From assembly GCA_048938445.1 (NCBI GenBank), contig JBHLME010000025.1, positions 1 to 42,472 of the forward strand: a DNA stretch of 42,472 nt. The letters run 5' to 3'. Source of the DNA: Promethearchaeota archaeon (lineage in GTDB: Archaea; Asgardarchaeota; Lokiarchaeia; Sigyniarchaeales; SOKP01). Under the pieces are notes generated by a model. It ran no database searches. It was given only the letters and a program-made list of their open reading frames with translations, and was not told the DNA's origin. Positions 28,681-38,487 of this stretch are shown here, one piece after another; position 1 is the first letter of the stretch, and each line of letters opens with the position of its first letter. The position numbers and the translations under genes are program-made.

Positions 28681-29574
28681 ATGAAAGCAAAAATCGTAGA
28701 AATAAAAAGAAACTCATTAGATGATGGTCCTGGAATTAGGACTGTTATATTTTTCAAAGGATGTCCACTTTCTTGTGTATGGTGTCAAAATCCAGAAACA
28801 AAATCATCAAGTCAAGAAATAACATTTATTAGCAAAAATTGTAGGAATTTAAAAAAATGCATTGACGCATGTGAAGTTAATGCCATTAGCTTCTTAAATA
28901 AATTTCGAATTAACCGTGATATATGTAATTTATGTGGAAAATGCATTGAAGCGTGTGATAATGGCTCTTTAAAATTCGTGAGCGTAGAATATGAATTTAA
29001 TGAATTAGTTGAAATAATTCTAAAAGATAAATCTTTTTACGACAATTCTGGAGGGGGAATCACCCTATCTGGAGGAGAACCTACTCTACAAATGGAATTC
29101 TTAAGTGAATTTTTAAAAGAAATAAAAAATAACGAGATTCACGTATGTCTAGAAACCTGTGGATATTATAATCAAAATAATTTTAACAAATTAATTCTAC
29201 CTTATATAGATCTTATTTACTTCGACCTGAAAATATATGATTCTAATTCACATGAAAAATATTGCAACGTTCCTAATAAAATAATATTTAATAATTTTGA
29301 AGATTTAGTGAAAAGAAATGATATTCGCTTTCTTACGAGGATTCCTTTGATTCCAAAAATAACTACGACTAAAAAGAATTTGAAAGATCTGGTAGATTAT
29401 TTGAGATCTAATGATATTAAAGAAGTTGCACTCCTACCTTATAATCCTTTGTGGCTTTCAAAATTAGATTCTCTTGGAATAAAAAAGGAGTATTTTCATT
29501 CAAACTGGTTAAGTAAGAAAGAAAAAGATAACATAAAAAAACTTTTTACTGATTTTGAATTTAGAGATTTTTAA
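28681..29574 (+). CDS. Glycyl-radical enzyme activating enzyme (radical SAM with ferredoxin-like insert)
   Basis: DGPGIRTVIFFKGCPLSCVWCQNPE (CxxxCxxC), SGGEP and insert CNLCGKCIEAC. ATG 28681 is preferred over TTG 28642. Confidence 0.94.
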   Translation: MKAKIVEIKRNSLDDGPGIRTVIFFKGCPLSCVWCQNPETKSSSQEITFISKNCRNLKKCIDACEVNAISFLNKFRINRDICNLCGKCIEACDNGSLKFVSVEYEFNELVEIILKDKSFYDNSGGGITLSGGEPTLQMEFLSEFLKEIKNNEIHVCLETCGYYNQNNFNKLILPYIDLIYFDLKIYDSNSHEKYCNVPNKIIFNNFEDLVKRNDIRFLTRIPLIPKITTTKKNLKDLVDYLRSNDIKEVALLPYNPLWLSKLDSLGIKKEYFHSNWLSKKEKDNIKKLFTDFEFRDF

Positions 29575-29646
29575 AATCTTAACTCTGTATTATGCGCTTG
29601 ACATCAAATCTTTTCATTTATGAATCTAATTATACTTAGATATTAT

Positions 29647-32316
29647 TTATTCAGGTATAGAGGCTCTATATTTATTTAATGAGTTTTCATCATCTACTGT
29701 AAATCTTACAGCTATAATTATTAAAAATGTAGGAATAATCCCTATACAACCTATTAAAAAGAAACTTAATGAAAAAACATTATTAAAATAGACATTTAAA
29801 AAAAGTTGACCCACACTATCAATCAAATAATGTAAAATGATACCTGGAAGTAAACTATTCGTTTTGATATAAATATACGCGAATGCCATACCAAAAAATG
29901 AAGCATAAATGACTTGAAAAATTACATATACCCAGTTACTTCCTAAAAATAGAAGCGTCAAAACATTAAATATGTGATAAGATCCAAAAATTATACTATT
30001 GATCACAATGGCTCTCTTTTGGTTGTATTTTTTCAAAAGCATGGGTAACATTACTCCACGAAATGCTATCTCTTCCCAAATACCAGGAATGAGCGCGATT
30101 ATGAAACATAACCATCCAAATCTAATTAAACCCTTTTGGAAAACAGGATTTCCAAATATAATATTAGGATCAAGTACAAAATCTCCAAGAAGAATTGCTC
30201 CAAATAGTACAACATTGCTAAAAATTCCAAATGTTGCAATGCTTAATAAAATATTTCTTGAAACGGGTTTAACAGCGCTTAATCGTATATTTTTCAAGTA
30301 TTCTTTAAATGTTTTTTGAGGTGTAGGTAGTTTTAATCTAAATGGAATTATGAATAACCAAAATATAGCTAAGAGCGCAAATTGAATGATAATCTCGAGA
30401 ATATATGCTGCTATAAAGTTTTCATTTATTAATATATAAAATATTGGAAACATTAATAACTCAATTAAGGTTGTAAACGTCATTAAAAAAACCACATATG
30501 ATAAACCTAAAACAACGTTCGCTGTTATAGGATGATTTCTTAAAAATCCTCCCGTCTCAAAATCTTGCATTTTTTCAATTTTAGGAAACATCCTTGTAAA
30601 GACAAAGCTCAAGATTAACAGTGAAATACCACCTGCTATCAATGAAATGATAATAATTATTTCAAGAGCAGAATAAAAAGCAATTCCCAATATGATTATC
30701 AACAGGTATAATCCAGCGCCCCCTAAAACAATCAATACCCATTTAGCTATTTTATGTTCTTTATGAAGCTCTTCTAAGATATATTTGTATTTTAATTTTC
30801 CAAACAAAAATACTTTCAACTCAAATATTAAAAATAAGAAACTCCATGCGATTGGTAAAGAACTTATTAATAATAAGAATATTATGAATGAATTTGTCAT
30901 TATTACAAGAATTATAGAAATTATAAAAAGTGATATCGCCTGAATTGCCATCATTAAAATTATTTTAGCGATAGCTTGATCTCTTGGAACAATAGGCAAT
31001 GAAGCAATTATTGATGATCCTGATTCTTCCATGTTTAACAATCCTATAATTAGCATTATTGGTGATAATAAGAAAACTCCAAGAATTATCATCCATAAAC
31101 CGATAGCATAAAAAGGGTTAGAATTCATGTCTAGTGCACCTTGGAATGCTACGATCATAATGATGGGATAAATTACGGGAAGGAGGATATATATAAAAGT
31201 CTGCATATCGTGACTTGCAGAGATAATATCCTTACGAATATAAGATTTTAAAGGGGTTTTTGATTTAATTTCTACATTGATTTCTTCTTTTTTATCAGAA
31301 ATAATTAATTTTTTCTTTTTAACTCTAACCTCCGTCATGGTAACTTCGTGCAAGGATTGTATGGCTTTCCTATACAATCCAAATACAAGTAAAGCAAATA
31401 AACTGAGTCCTATAATTGAAGAAATAAGTAATTCAAGTGAAAAGTAACTTGGATAAATTCCTAAAGAGATTATATATCCTTGGGTTATTGGAAGAGGTAT
31501 AAGACTCAGGATTATATTTAAAAGCATGTCCGGATTGTTCACGGAAAAAAAATCAATTAAAAAATCGAGAAACGAAATCGCTGCTTGTAGCATCAATGAT
31601 GTTCCAAGAACTAATATCATATAACCTACAATCGTTACTATTCTAATTAAATTGCTTCTCTTACTAGTTTGCGCTTCTTCACTGAAAAGTTGACTGATTT
31701 TCTTTCCTATAATAATGAGAATGGAAAAACCAAATAATGAATTGAGGAGCGATACAGCAAGGCTTAAAACAAATACTAAGGGACTTTGAGTTGCTATTAA
31801 CAATACAATTGGAAATGAAAAAGCCATCATTATTATTGGAATATTAATGTTTCTAAAAAGTGTCATGACCGCTATTTTCTTTAATTTATTTTCCGAAATA
31901 GGAAGAATTTGAAGCATTTTAAAAGCATTTCCAGTCATTAATGATCCTGTAGCAAATAATCCTCCCATCATGATATAAAGTAATGAAACTAGAAAAAAAA
32001 TTCCCGATACGAGATTTGATAATAAATGAAAAGTTGCGCTTGTAATTAAAACGGTATTCGATGCATCAAAAATTTCTAAATAACTTACAATTGGTATTAT
32101 TGGTATAAATAAAAGGGCAGATCCTATTCCTATTTTCATAGCTCTAGCTTGATTTCTTATTGTCTTGTTATTTTTTTTATATTTTTCGAGTAACCTGCTT
32201 TGTTGGGCACCAGCAGATTGGAGCTGGGAATCCATTAATATTTCAAGTTGTGTATATTTCGAAATAGAATAGGGTTTTAACTCTTTATTCTCCATGTTCT
32301 TTATTATTCTCTTCAT
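29647..32316 (-). CDS. ABC transporter permease fused to a C-terminal CPBP (CAAX/Abi) intramembrane metalloprotease
   Basis: About 580-aa multi-TM permease-like region directly after the ABC ATPase, followed by WEEIAFRG, FGSYH and ILHYLID CPBP motifs. The start may be ATG 32295. Confidence 0.82.
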   Translation of the reverse strand: MKRIIKNMENKELKPYSISKYTQLEILMDSQLQSAGAQQSRLLEKYKKNNKTIRNQARAMKIGIGSALLFIPIIPIVSYLEIFDASNTVLITSATFHLLSNLVSGIFFLVSLLYIMMGGLFATGSLMTGNAFKMLQILPISENKLKKIAVMTLFRNINIPIIMMAFSFPIVLLIATQSPLVFVLSLAVSLLNSLFGFSILIIIGKKISQLFSEEAQTSKRSNLIRIVTIVGYMILVLGTSLMLQAAISFLDFLIDFFSVNNPDMLLNIILSLIPLPITQGYIISLGIYPSYFSLELLISSIIGLSLFALLVFGLYRKAIQSLHEVTMTEVRVKKKKLIISDKKEEINVEIKSKTPLKSYIRKDIISASHDMQTFIYILLPVIYPIIMIVAFQGALDMNSNPFYAIGLWMIILGVFLLSPIMLIIGLLNMEESGSSIIASLPIVPRDQAIAKIILMMAIQAISLFIISIILVIMTNSFIIFLLLISSLPIAWSFLFLIFELKVFLFGKLKYKYILEELHKEHKIAKWVLIVLGGAGLYLLIIILGIAFYSALEIIIIISLIAGGISLLILSFVFTRMFPKIEKMQDFETGGFLRNHPITANVVLGLSYVVFLMTFTTLIELLMFPIFYILINENFIAAYILEIIIQFALLAIFWLFIIPFRLKLPTPQKTFKEYLKNIRLSAVKPVSRNILLSIATFGIFSNVVLFGAILLGDFVLDPNIIFGNPVFQKGLIRFGWLCFIIALIPGIWEEIAFRGVMLPMLLKKYNQKRAIVINSIIFGSYHIFNVLTLLFLGSNWVYVIFQVIYASFFGMAFAYIYIKTNSLLPGIILHYLIDSVGQLFLNVYFNNVFSLSFFLIGCIGIIPTFLIIIAVRFTVDDENSLNKYRASIPE

Positions 32317-32319
32317 TTT

Positions 32320-33120
32320 TTATTTTTTTTTATAAATTACTCGTAATTTTTTTACTATATCATTTACAGAGGTATCTTGCTCTGTTAAACGCAAGAATAC
32401 TTCCTCTAAATTTGCACCTATCTTGTTTGCCTGACCTCGTAAGTCTTCTATAGAGCCTATTCCCACTATTTTTCCTTTATTAATGATTCCAATTCTATCA
32501 CATAATTCTTGAGCAATTTCCATTATATGAGTGGAAAAAAGGACAGCTCCTCCATTTTGAGTATGCAAATCTAAAATTTCTTTAACTACTCGAACTGACT
32601 TGGCATCAAGACCCGATAAAGGTTCATCCATGATTAATAAATCTGGATCATGCAAAATCGCAGCAATTATTTGCATTTTTTGCTTATTCCCATGTGATAA
32701 GGTCGCAATAAGATTTTCATAATATTCAAGAGCTTCCAAGCTTTCTAAATATTCTCTTACACGCTCAGTGGTTTCTTTTTCATCTAAATTACGAATGGAA
32801 GCAATAAAATCAAATAAATCATGAGGTGTAAGGGATTTAAATATTAAGGGTTCTTCAGAAACATACCCCACTCGCTTTTTAATTTCTATCTCATTCCTCA
32901 TAGGATCTAATCCCAATACCCTCATTTCACCATCATCAGGTTCAAGTAAACCTAATAGAAGTTTTATGGTGGTGGTCTTTCCCGCACCATTAGGTCCCAA
33001 GAGTCCAAAAACCTCTCCAGATTTCACACTAAAAGATATATCATTAACAGCTTTAACATCTCCAAAAAACTTTTTTAAACCTTCAACCCTAATCATTTCT
33101 GAATTTGACAAATATATCAC
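32320..33120 (-). CDS. ABC transporter ATP-binding protein (drug-export/ABC-2 type)
   Basis: GPNGAGKTT, variant signature LSHGNKQK, LIMDEP and STH. Confidence 0.94.
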   Translation of the reverse strand: MIYLSNSEMIRVEGLKKFFGDVKAVNDISFSVKSGEVFGLLGPNGAGKTTTIKLLLGLLEPDDGEMRVLGLDPMRNEIEIKKRVGYVSEEPLIFKSLTPHDLFDFIASIRNLDEKETTERVREYLESLEALEYYENLIATLSHGNKQKMQIIAAILHDPDLLIMDEPLSGLDAKSVRVVKEILDLHTQNGGAVLFSTHIMEIAQELCDRIGIINKGKIVGIGSIEDLRGQANKIGANLEEVFLRLTEQDTSVNDIVKKLRVIYKKK

Positions 33121-33395
33121 GTGTTATTTTTACTTTAATAAAATTAAAATTTGTTTTAATTGAGAATCAACCTTATCTAAATTTTTTTTTTGGCTTAATT
33201 GTGATTAAACGTAGTGCAATTAAGATATATGATTTAAGATTATAAATCTATATTTAAAACCATCTGGTCAATTTTTGAATTATTAACAAATTAAGTTAAT
33301 AAAATATTCCAAAGAAATGTGGAATAATTCTGACTTCTAAATGAAAAAATTAATAAATTCTATAATTATATCGTTTTAATATAATAAAAATAAAA

Positions 33396-33638
33396 TTAGT
33401 CAGATGAAGCAAAATAATCTTCATATGCTCTTCTATATTCATTAGCAATATTTCTTTTCTGTTCTTCTTTTTTAAGAATATATGGTTTTAATTCTGATTC
33501 ATCATTTTTCATCTGTTTTATCAACAAGTAATCCTTTTTTTCTATATCTTTAATTTCAAAACTCAATCCACAGGTTCTACAAAACAACGTCTTATTCTTG
33601 GATCCTAAAAGGTTATCACATTCTGGACAAAATTTCAT
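33396..33638 (-). CDS. TFS/RpoM-like protein with only the N-terminal Zn ribbon
   Basis: MKFCPECDNLL...LFCRTCG. No C-terminal Zn ribbon and no acidic DE hairpin. Confidence 0.72.
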   Translation of the reverse strand: MKFCPECDNLLGSKNKTLFCRTCGLSFEIKDIEKKDYLLIKQMKNDESELKPYILKKEEQKRNIANEYRRAYEDYFASSD

Positions 33639-34115
33639 TGAATTAACTCTTCCATATTTATTTTATGTTAGTATTATAATTTTTTTATTTCAATTTTACA
33701 CATAAAAAGCGGATTTAAATCATATTTTAAAAATAAAAAAAGAGAAAGATCTTTTAAATTTAAGAAATCCATGACTAGACATGCATTTTTAATATTTTTT
33801 TGACCTTTCACCTCACTTTTTTAATTTTAAAATTATTTGATGAGGGATAGTAATAAAAAGTCCCAGTTCACCAGTACACAACTAGTCTTTCGAGTATTTA
33901 AATTTTATTAACTCCCAATAAAATGAATTATAATCGCCAATACTTATAAAATAGACTTTTAACTGATAATTTAAATTAATTATATTATATTAAAAAAGGG
34001 CCTACTCTAAATTATCTAAGAAATGAAAATAAAATAATTATTTATTTAAACCTGTATTTCCATTAAAACATATAATTTGAATAAAAAGCAATAGATCTGA
34101 CTTATTGGACTCAGA

Positions 34116-35681
34116 ATGAAGTTTCCTGGAGATATACTCGATAAAGAGAAAAGAAAAAAATGGAGTAAGTCATCTTCAATTAAACGTCATGATCTATACA
34201 ATTTCGAAGCAAAAATTGATTATAAATATTCTCTTGAAGAAATTAATAAGAATAGAAAGAAAACATCATATCTTTTGGATACATACTTTTTTATTCCCCA
34301 ATCCCTCCAAATAAATAAAAATAGCTATAATAAGGAGCAATTTTTTTCTGATTTAAATAATCGAATCCGTTTTAAAACCCCTCAAATGTCAATTGAAGGA
34401 ATTTTAGACCAAAATAATCAAATATCTCCTTTAAATGTAATAAAAAGAAATCTCAAACAACTTGAATATGGAAACATAAATATATCAATAACTAAGACAA
34501 TCATGAGAGAATTAAGATTACTCGCATGCATTGTAAAAACAACATTAAAAGGTGAATGCGAGTTCTTATTAGAGAATTTTCAAAGTAAAAAGAAAGAACA
34601 TGAGCTGTCTGATATTTTAAAAAGTCATATGGATAGTCTTAAAGAATTTATAGGTGAGATGGAAGGTATTAGAAAAAAAATAATGAAATATCAAATCCCA
34701 ATACAATTAAGAGATTCATTTCATTATTCAAATGAATATATAAGTTTACAAATTGAAAAATGGTTTACTATTATTTTAATGGGATTAGAAAAACAATTAA
34801 GCCGAGATGTCCAAGATTTAATTATTAAATTTATGGAGAAAGAACAAGCTTATCGAGAATCTTTAAATAGTACCTTAACATTGAAAGAAGACTCTTCTAA
34901 TGAAGAATTTTCATATTTTGAAGGAATAACGAAAAAATATGTTCAAGGGGTCTTATATTTAAAAAAACAAAGAAAAGATCCACAATCTTCATCCTTGCAA
35001 ATTCTTTATTCAATAGCTGCAGGTTTTGCAATGTTTATTTCATTATTTCTGGGATTTCTCGTTCTTGTGATTTTTGAATTAAACTCTCTTCCATTTATTA
35101 TTGCCATGGTGGTTGTTTACATGTTGAAAGATCGAATAAAGGATAATATTAAGGGAATTTCTCAGAAAGCAGTAGGGTTTGTTTTTCCTGATCAAAGAAA
35201 TGATATCGTGGATGGATTCTTTGGAGAAAAAATTGGTGAAAGCAAAGAAAAGGTTAATTTTATAGAACCAGAAAAAATCCCCTCAGAAATAATTAAAATA
35301 AGACAATCGAGTAAAATAAGATCAATTGAGGAAGAAGGAAAACCCGAAGATTGTTTGTTATTTAGAAAAGAAATCGTACTGTTTCGAGAAAAAATTGATT
35401 CATTACACACAAGAAGAAAAGACATCTCTGACGTGACGAGATTTAATATTCAAAATTTTTTACGTTATGCAGATGATCCTTTTGAAAAAATATTCGCTTG
35501 GAATGCTAATAACCACCAAATTAAATCGATAAATATCGCGAAAGTATATCATTTAAACGTGATTATGAAATTAATTACTTTTCAAGGAAAAAAAGGAATT
35601 AATGTCTATTTCAAGAAATATCGGATTATAATAGACCAACAGGGGATCAAAAGAGTTGTGGAACCAGATATTACATTGTAA
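34116..35681 (+). CDS. Hypothetical membrane-anchored protein (large helical domain, 2 TM, beta-rich C-terminal domain)
   Basis: 521-aa ORF with a TM hairpin at about aa 295-337. Confidence 0.8.
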   Translation: MKFPGDILDKEKRKKWSKSSSIKRHDLYNFEAKIDYKYSLEEINKNRKKTSYLLDTYFFIPQSLQINKNSYNKEQFFSDLNNRIRFKTPQMSIEGILDQNNQISPLNVIKRNLKQLEYGNINISITKTIMRELRLLACIVKTTLKGECEFLLENFQSKKKEHELSDILKSHMDSLKEFIGEMEGIRKKIMKYQIPIQLRDSFHYSNEYISLQIEKWFTIILMGLEKQLSRDVQDLIIKFMEKEQAYRESLNSTLTLKEDSSNEEFSYFEGITKKYVQGVLYLKKQRKDPQSSSLQILYSIAAGFAMFISLFLGFLVLVIFELNSLPFIIAMVVVYMLKDRIKDNIKGISQKAVGFVFPDQRNDIVDGFFGEKIGESKEKVNFIEPEKIPSEIIKIRQSSKIRSIEEEGKPEDCLLFRKEIVLFREKIDSLHTRRKDISDVTRFNIQNFLRYADDPFEKIFAWNANNHQIKSINIAKVYHLNVIMKLITFQGKKGINVYFKKYRIIIDQQGIKRVVEPDITL

Positions 35682-35769
35682 ATGAATATTATTTCAATCT
35701 CAGTAAATTCTTTTTTTTTTACAATTATATCAGAAAATTAGTATTTATTTAATACATGAGTGATTTAAT

Positions 35770-36165
35770 TCACACCCATTCAAGTTCTTTATATTTTTTT
35801 ATACCTTTTATTAGTAAGTCTTCGATTTCTTTCAAGAGGTTAGAGTCAGTATTGTTTATATTGAAACACGACTTTCCTTTTAGAAATTTTTTTAATTCTG
35901 GTCTTATATTCTTGAAGGAGTTGGGATGTGAATAAATAGGTGAAAAATAAAAACTAACATAACTTTTTTGTTGAATGACTCCCGCAAGATACGTATTTTG
36001 TGGTTTTTTTCCAAAAAGACTTACCTGTTTATTTCCATATAAATGATATTCCGGTTTTTTTGTTCTAGCTTGAGATCCTAAATATTTATCGGTTATTAAA
36101 AACGTCTCTGAATGTTTTTCTAAAATTTCTTTTATTTCACTGAAAATTTTTTCAAGATTTTCCAT
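35770..36165 (-). CDS. DUF1801/YdhG-like protein
   Basis: AGVIQQKSYVSFYF and LKGKSCFNI pattern. Confidence 0.7.
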   Translation of the reverse strand: MENLEKIFSEIKEILEKHSETFLITDKYLGSQARTKKPEYHLYGNKQVSLFGKKPQNTYLAGVIQQKSYVSFYFSPIYSHPNSFKNIRPELKKFLKGKSCFNINNTDSNLLKEIEDLLIKGIKKYKELEWV

Positions 36166-36265
36166 GTTTACACTGAAGTTAAATTAAAATTTAATTCTAT
36201 ATTTTATATAACCTTAATTTCTTCACTTGATCTAATTATAATTTATAAACCTTCTCTGTTTATTA

Positions 36266-37672
36266 TTATTTTTTAATATTATAATCTTCAATTCTATTTC
36301 TACCTCTAAATACAGAGAAAAATAAACTAAAAAGTATGAGAATCAAGTAAATTATGAAGATTAAACGCGCACTAATCATAACCTGTGGGTAGTAGATTGG
36401 TGTAATCTCAACATTTCCAATTATTATCCCCGTCATTAAAGTCCAAAGTCCGAAACTAAGAGATTGACCAATTGTTCTAGTGGTGCCTTCAAGACCTGAG
36501 GCAATCCCTAGATTTTCTGTGGGTGTAGAACTCATTATTGCTCTAATGTTAGGTGGTGAAAAAAATGCCGTACCTAGACCAAGAATACCCAATGAAAGAA
36601 AAACTAGATAAATTGGAAAACTATAATTTATAAAAATCAAAATAGATATGCCCATTAAAGATATAATAATACCTATGGAAACCAGCTTTCTAGATTCCAT
36701 TTTATCTGATAATCTTCCAATAATAGGAGAGAAAACAGCTTGCATTAAAGGAGCTATTGATAAAATTATTCCTGCATTAAATATTGTCAGGTTATATAGA
36801 TATTGCATTAATAAACTTAATACTAAAGCTATAGCATTAGTTGAGAGGTAATAAAAAATAGAAACCATGCAAGAAAATGAAAAATAACGATTAGATCTGA
36901 ATAAATTTAGATCAAGTAATGGATTATTTACTCTTTTTTCCCAAAAAAGGAATATTGTTATTCCAATCCCGGATAATATTAAGAGGATATATGCAATAAC
37001 ATTAGGGAAAAGTGTAGTTGCATAAATCAAGAAGAATAAGAATAAAGCAAAAATAATTGAACCAAAATAATCTATTTTCTCTCTTTTTTCGTTTTTCCAT
37101 TCCCCATCAACTTTAAATAAGATTAGACAAATTACAATAATGCTAAATGGGATGTTAAACCAAAATTGGCTTCTCCATCCTAAATACTGAGTCATGAGAC
37201 CTCCCAATAAAGGTGAGAGTGTTAATCCGATGTAAACACACATTACATTAATACCTATTACTTTCCCTCTCTCATTGGGGGGAAAATTTGCTGTCAATAT
37301 TGCATTAGTTGTAGAAAACATTAATGCGGTTCCAATCCCCTGGATAAATCTAAAAATTATAAAAATATTTGACATGTAGGTAAGTGCTAACAATATTGAA
37401 GATATTAGAAAAAGAATTATACCTGCAAGGAATACTTTTTTCCTCCCATAAACATCGCCAATTTTACCAAAAAATATTTGAAACATTGCTGTCGCTAAAA
37501 TAAAAATATTTGTAACCCAACTTATAGTGACTACATCCATGCCCAAATCTATTTCAATGCTTTTGGCTGATATAACTGTTGTGTATGCTGAAAATGCGGT
37601 TAAAAATGAGGATAATGAAATAGCTATTAAAATAATTTTTCTATTTCCTGTATGCTTGCTTATTTCATTCAT
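36266..37672 (-). CDS. MFS drug:H+ antiporter (DHA2-like, ~14 TM)
   Basis: Motif A GKIGDVYGRKK, FRFIQGIG, ERGKVIG, GWRSQFWFNIP and PLLDLNLF. Confidence 0.92.
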   Translation of the reverse strand: MNEISKHTGNRKIILIAISLSSFLTAFSAYTTVISAKSIEIDLGMDVVTISWVTNIFILATAMFQIFFGKIGDVYGRKKVFLAGIILFLISSILLALTYMSNIFIIFRFIQGIGTALMFSTTNAILTANFPPNERGKVIGINVMCVYIGLTLSPLLGGLMTQYLGWRSQFWFNIPFSIIVICLILFKVDGEWKNEKREKIDYFGSIIFALFLFFLIYATTLFPNVIAYILLILSGIGITIFLFWEKRVNNPLLDLNLFRSNRYFSFSCMVSIFYYLSTNAIALVLSLLMQYLYNLTIFNAGIILSIAPLMQAVFSPIIGRLSDKMESRKLVSIGIIISLMGISILIFINYSFPIYLVFLSLGILGLGTAFFSPPNIRAIMSSTPTENLGIASGLEGTTRTIGQSLSFGLWTLMTGIIIGNVEITPIYYPQVMISARLIFIIYLILILFSLFFSVFRGRNRIEDYNIKK

Positions 37673-37959
37673 ATAAAAACCTATTAATTTTTGAATAAAA
37701 AATTATCTAATATATTTAATAAATAGCTATATTATGTTTAGATACTCGTTATATTTTACTTCGAATAATACTTCTTCTCATTGAGGCATAAATAATTAAT
37801 TTTAATTCTCTCGTCATTTTACTAACGTAAAATACTCTATTAGAGAAGAAAAGACAATACTTTTTAATAACAATGACAAATATCTTATTACATTAGATAT
37901 ATTTGATTGTTCATTAAAATATATTCTATATAAAGTAATGTAAATAGAAGGTGAAAAAA

Positions 37960-38412
37960 ATGGTTGATCAAAACTTAATTGATAAATTAAAAGGGTGGCG
38001 AGATAATCGGCCAGATCCAGATAGTGTCGATGAGGCTTTTGGTTTAGAGTTCCTTACCACATTATTTACAATTTTCAAGCAATTATCAGAAGAAGACGAG
38101 GATTTAAAGGAAGAAGTGGAAGACGCGGACATTTGCATGCAATTTATAATGACTTGGGAGGGTAAGGAATTTAAATTTTGGATCTCTGCTCGAGATGAAA
38201 AAATCGATTTCGGTGCAGGAGAAGGTCCTGATGTGACGGTTACGATGATTGCTGATGCCGAGAAAATGTTTAATATTTTATCGGGAGAAGTTGATTCTAC
38301 CCAAGCATATATGGCTGGAGATCTTAAAATAGAGGGAAATTTACAAGATGCCATGGCCTTTGGCGAGATTGCTGGTATTGCGGCAGAATTGATTGAAGAG
38401 CTAATGGGTTAA
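37960..38412 (+). CDS. SCP2 sterol/lipid-binding domain protein (paralogue 1)
   Basis: PDVTVTM...ILSGEVDSTQAYMAGDLKIEGNL. AGGTGA upstream favours ATG 37960. Confidence 0.9.
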   Translation: MVDQNLIDKLKGWRDNRPDPDSVDEAFGLEFLTTLFTIFKQLSEEDEDLKEEVEDADICMQFIMTWEGKEFKFWISARDEKIDFGAGEGPDVTVTMIADAEKMFNILSGEVDSTQAYMAGDLKIEGNLQDAMAFGEIAGIAAELIEELMG

Positions 38413-38413
38413 A

Positions 38414-38458
38414 CTTTTTTTTTTAATTTAAATCATCTTTTTATTTTTTATTTTTTTT
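38414..38458 (+). terminator. Oligo-T terminator-like tracts
   Basis: T10 directly after the stop codon, followed by further T runs. Confidence 0.45.
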
Positions 38459-38487
38459 ACCCGGATATTAAATGAAATTGAGTGAAA

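Noticed and set aside
33838-33966. Box C/D sRNA (TGATGA ... CTGA)
   Set aside because: The spacing (~130 nt) is too long for a typical archaeal guide and there are no clear internal C'/D' boxes.
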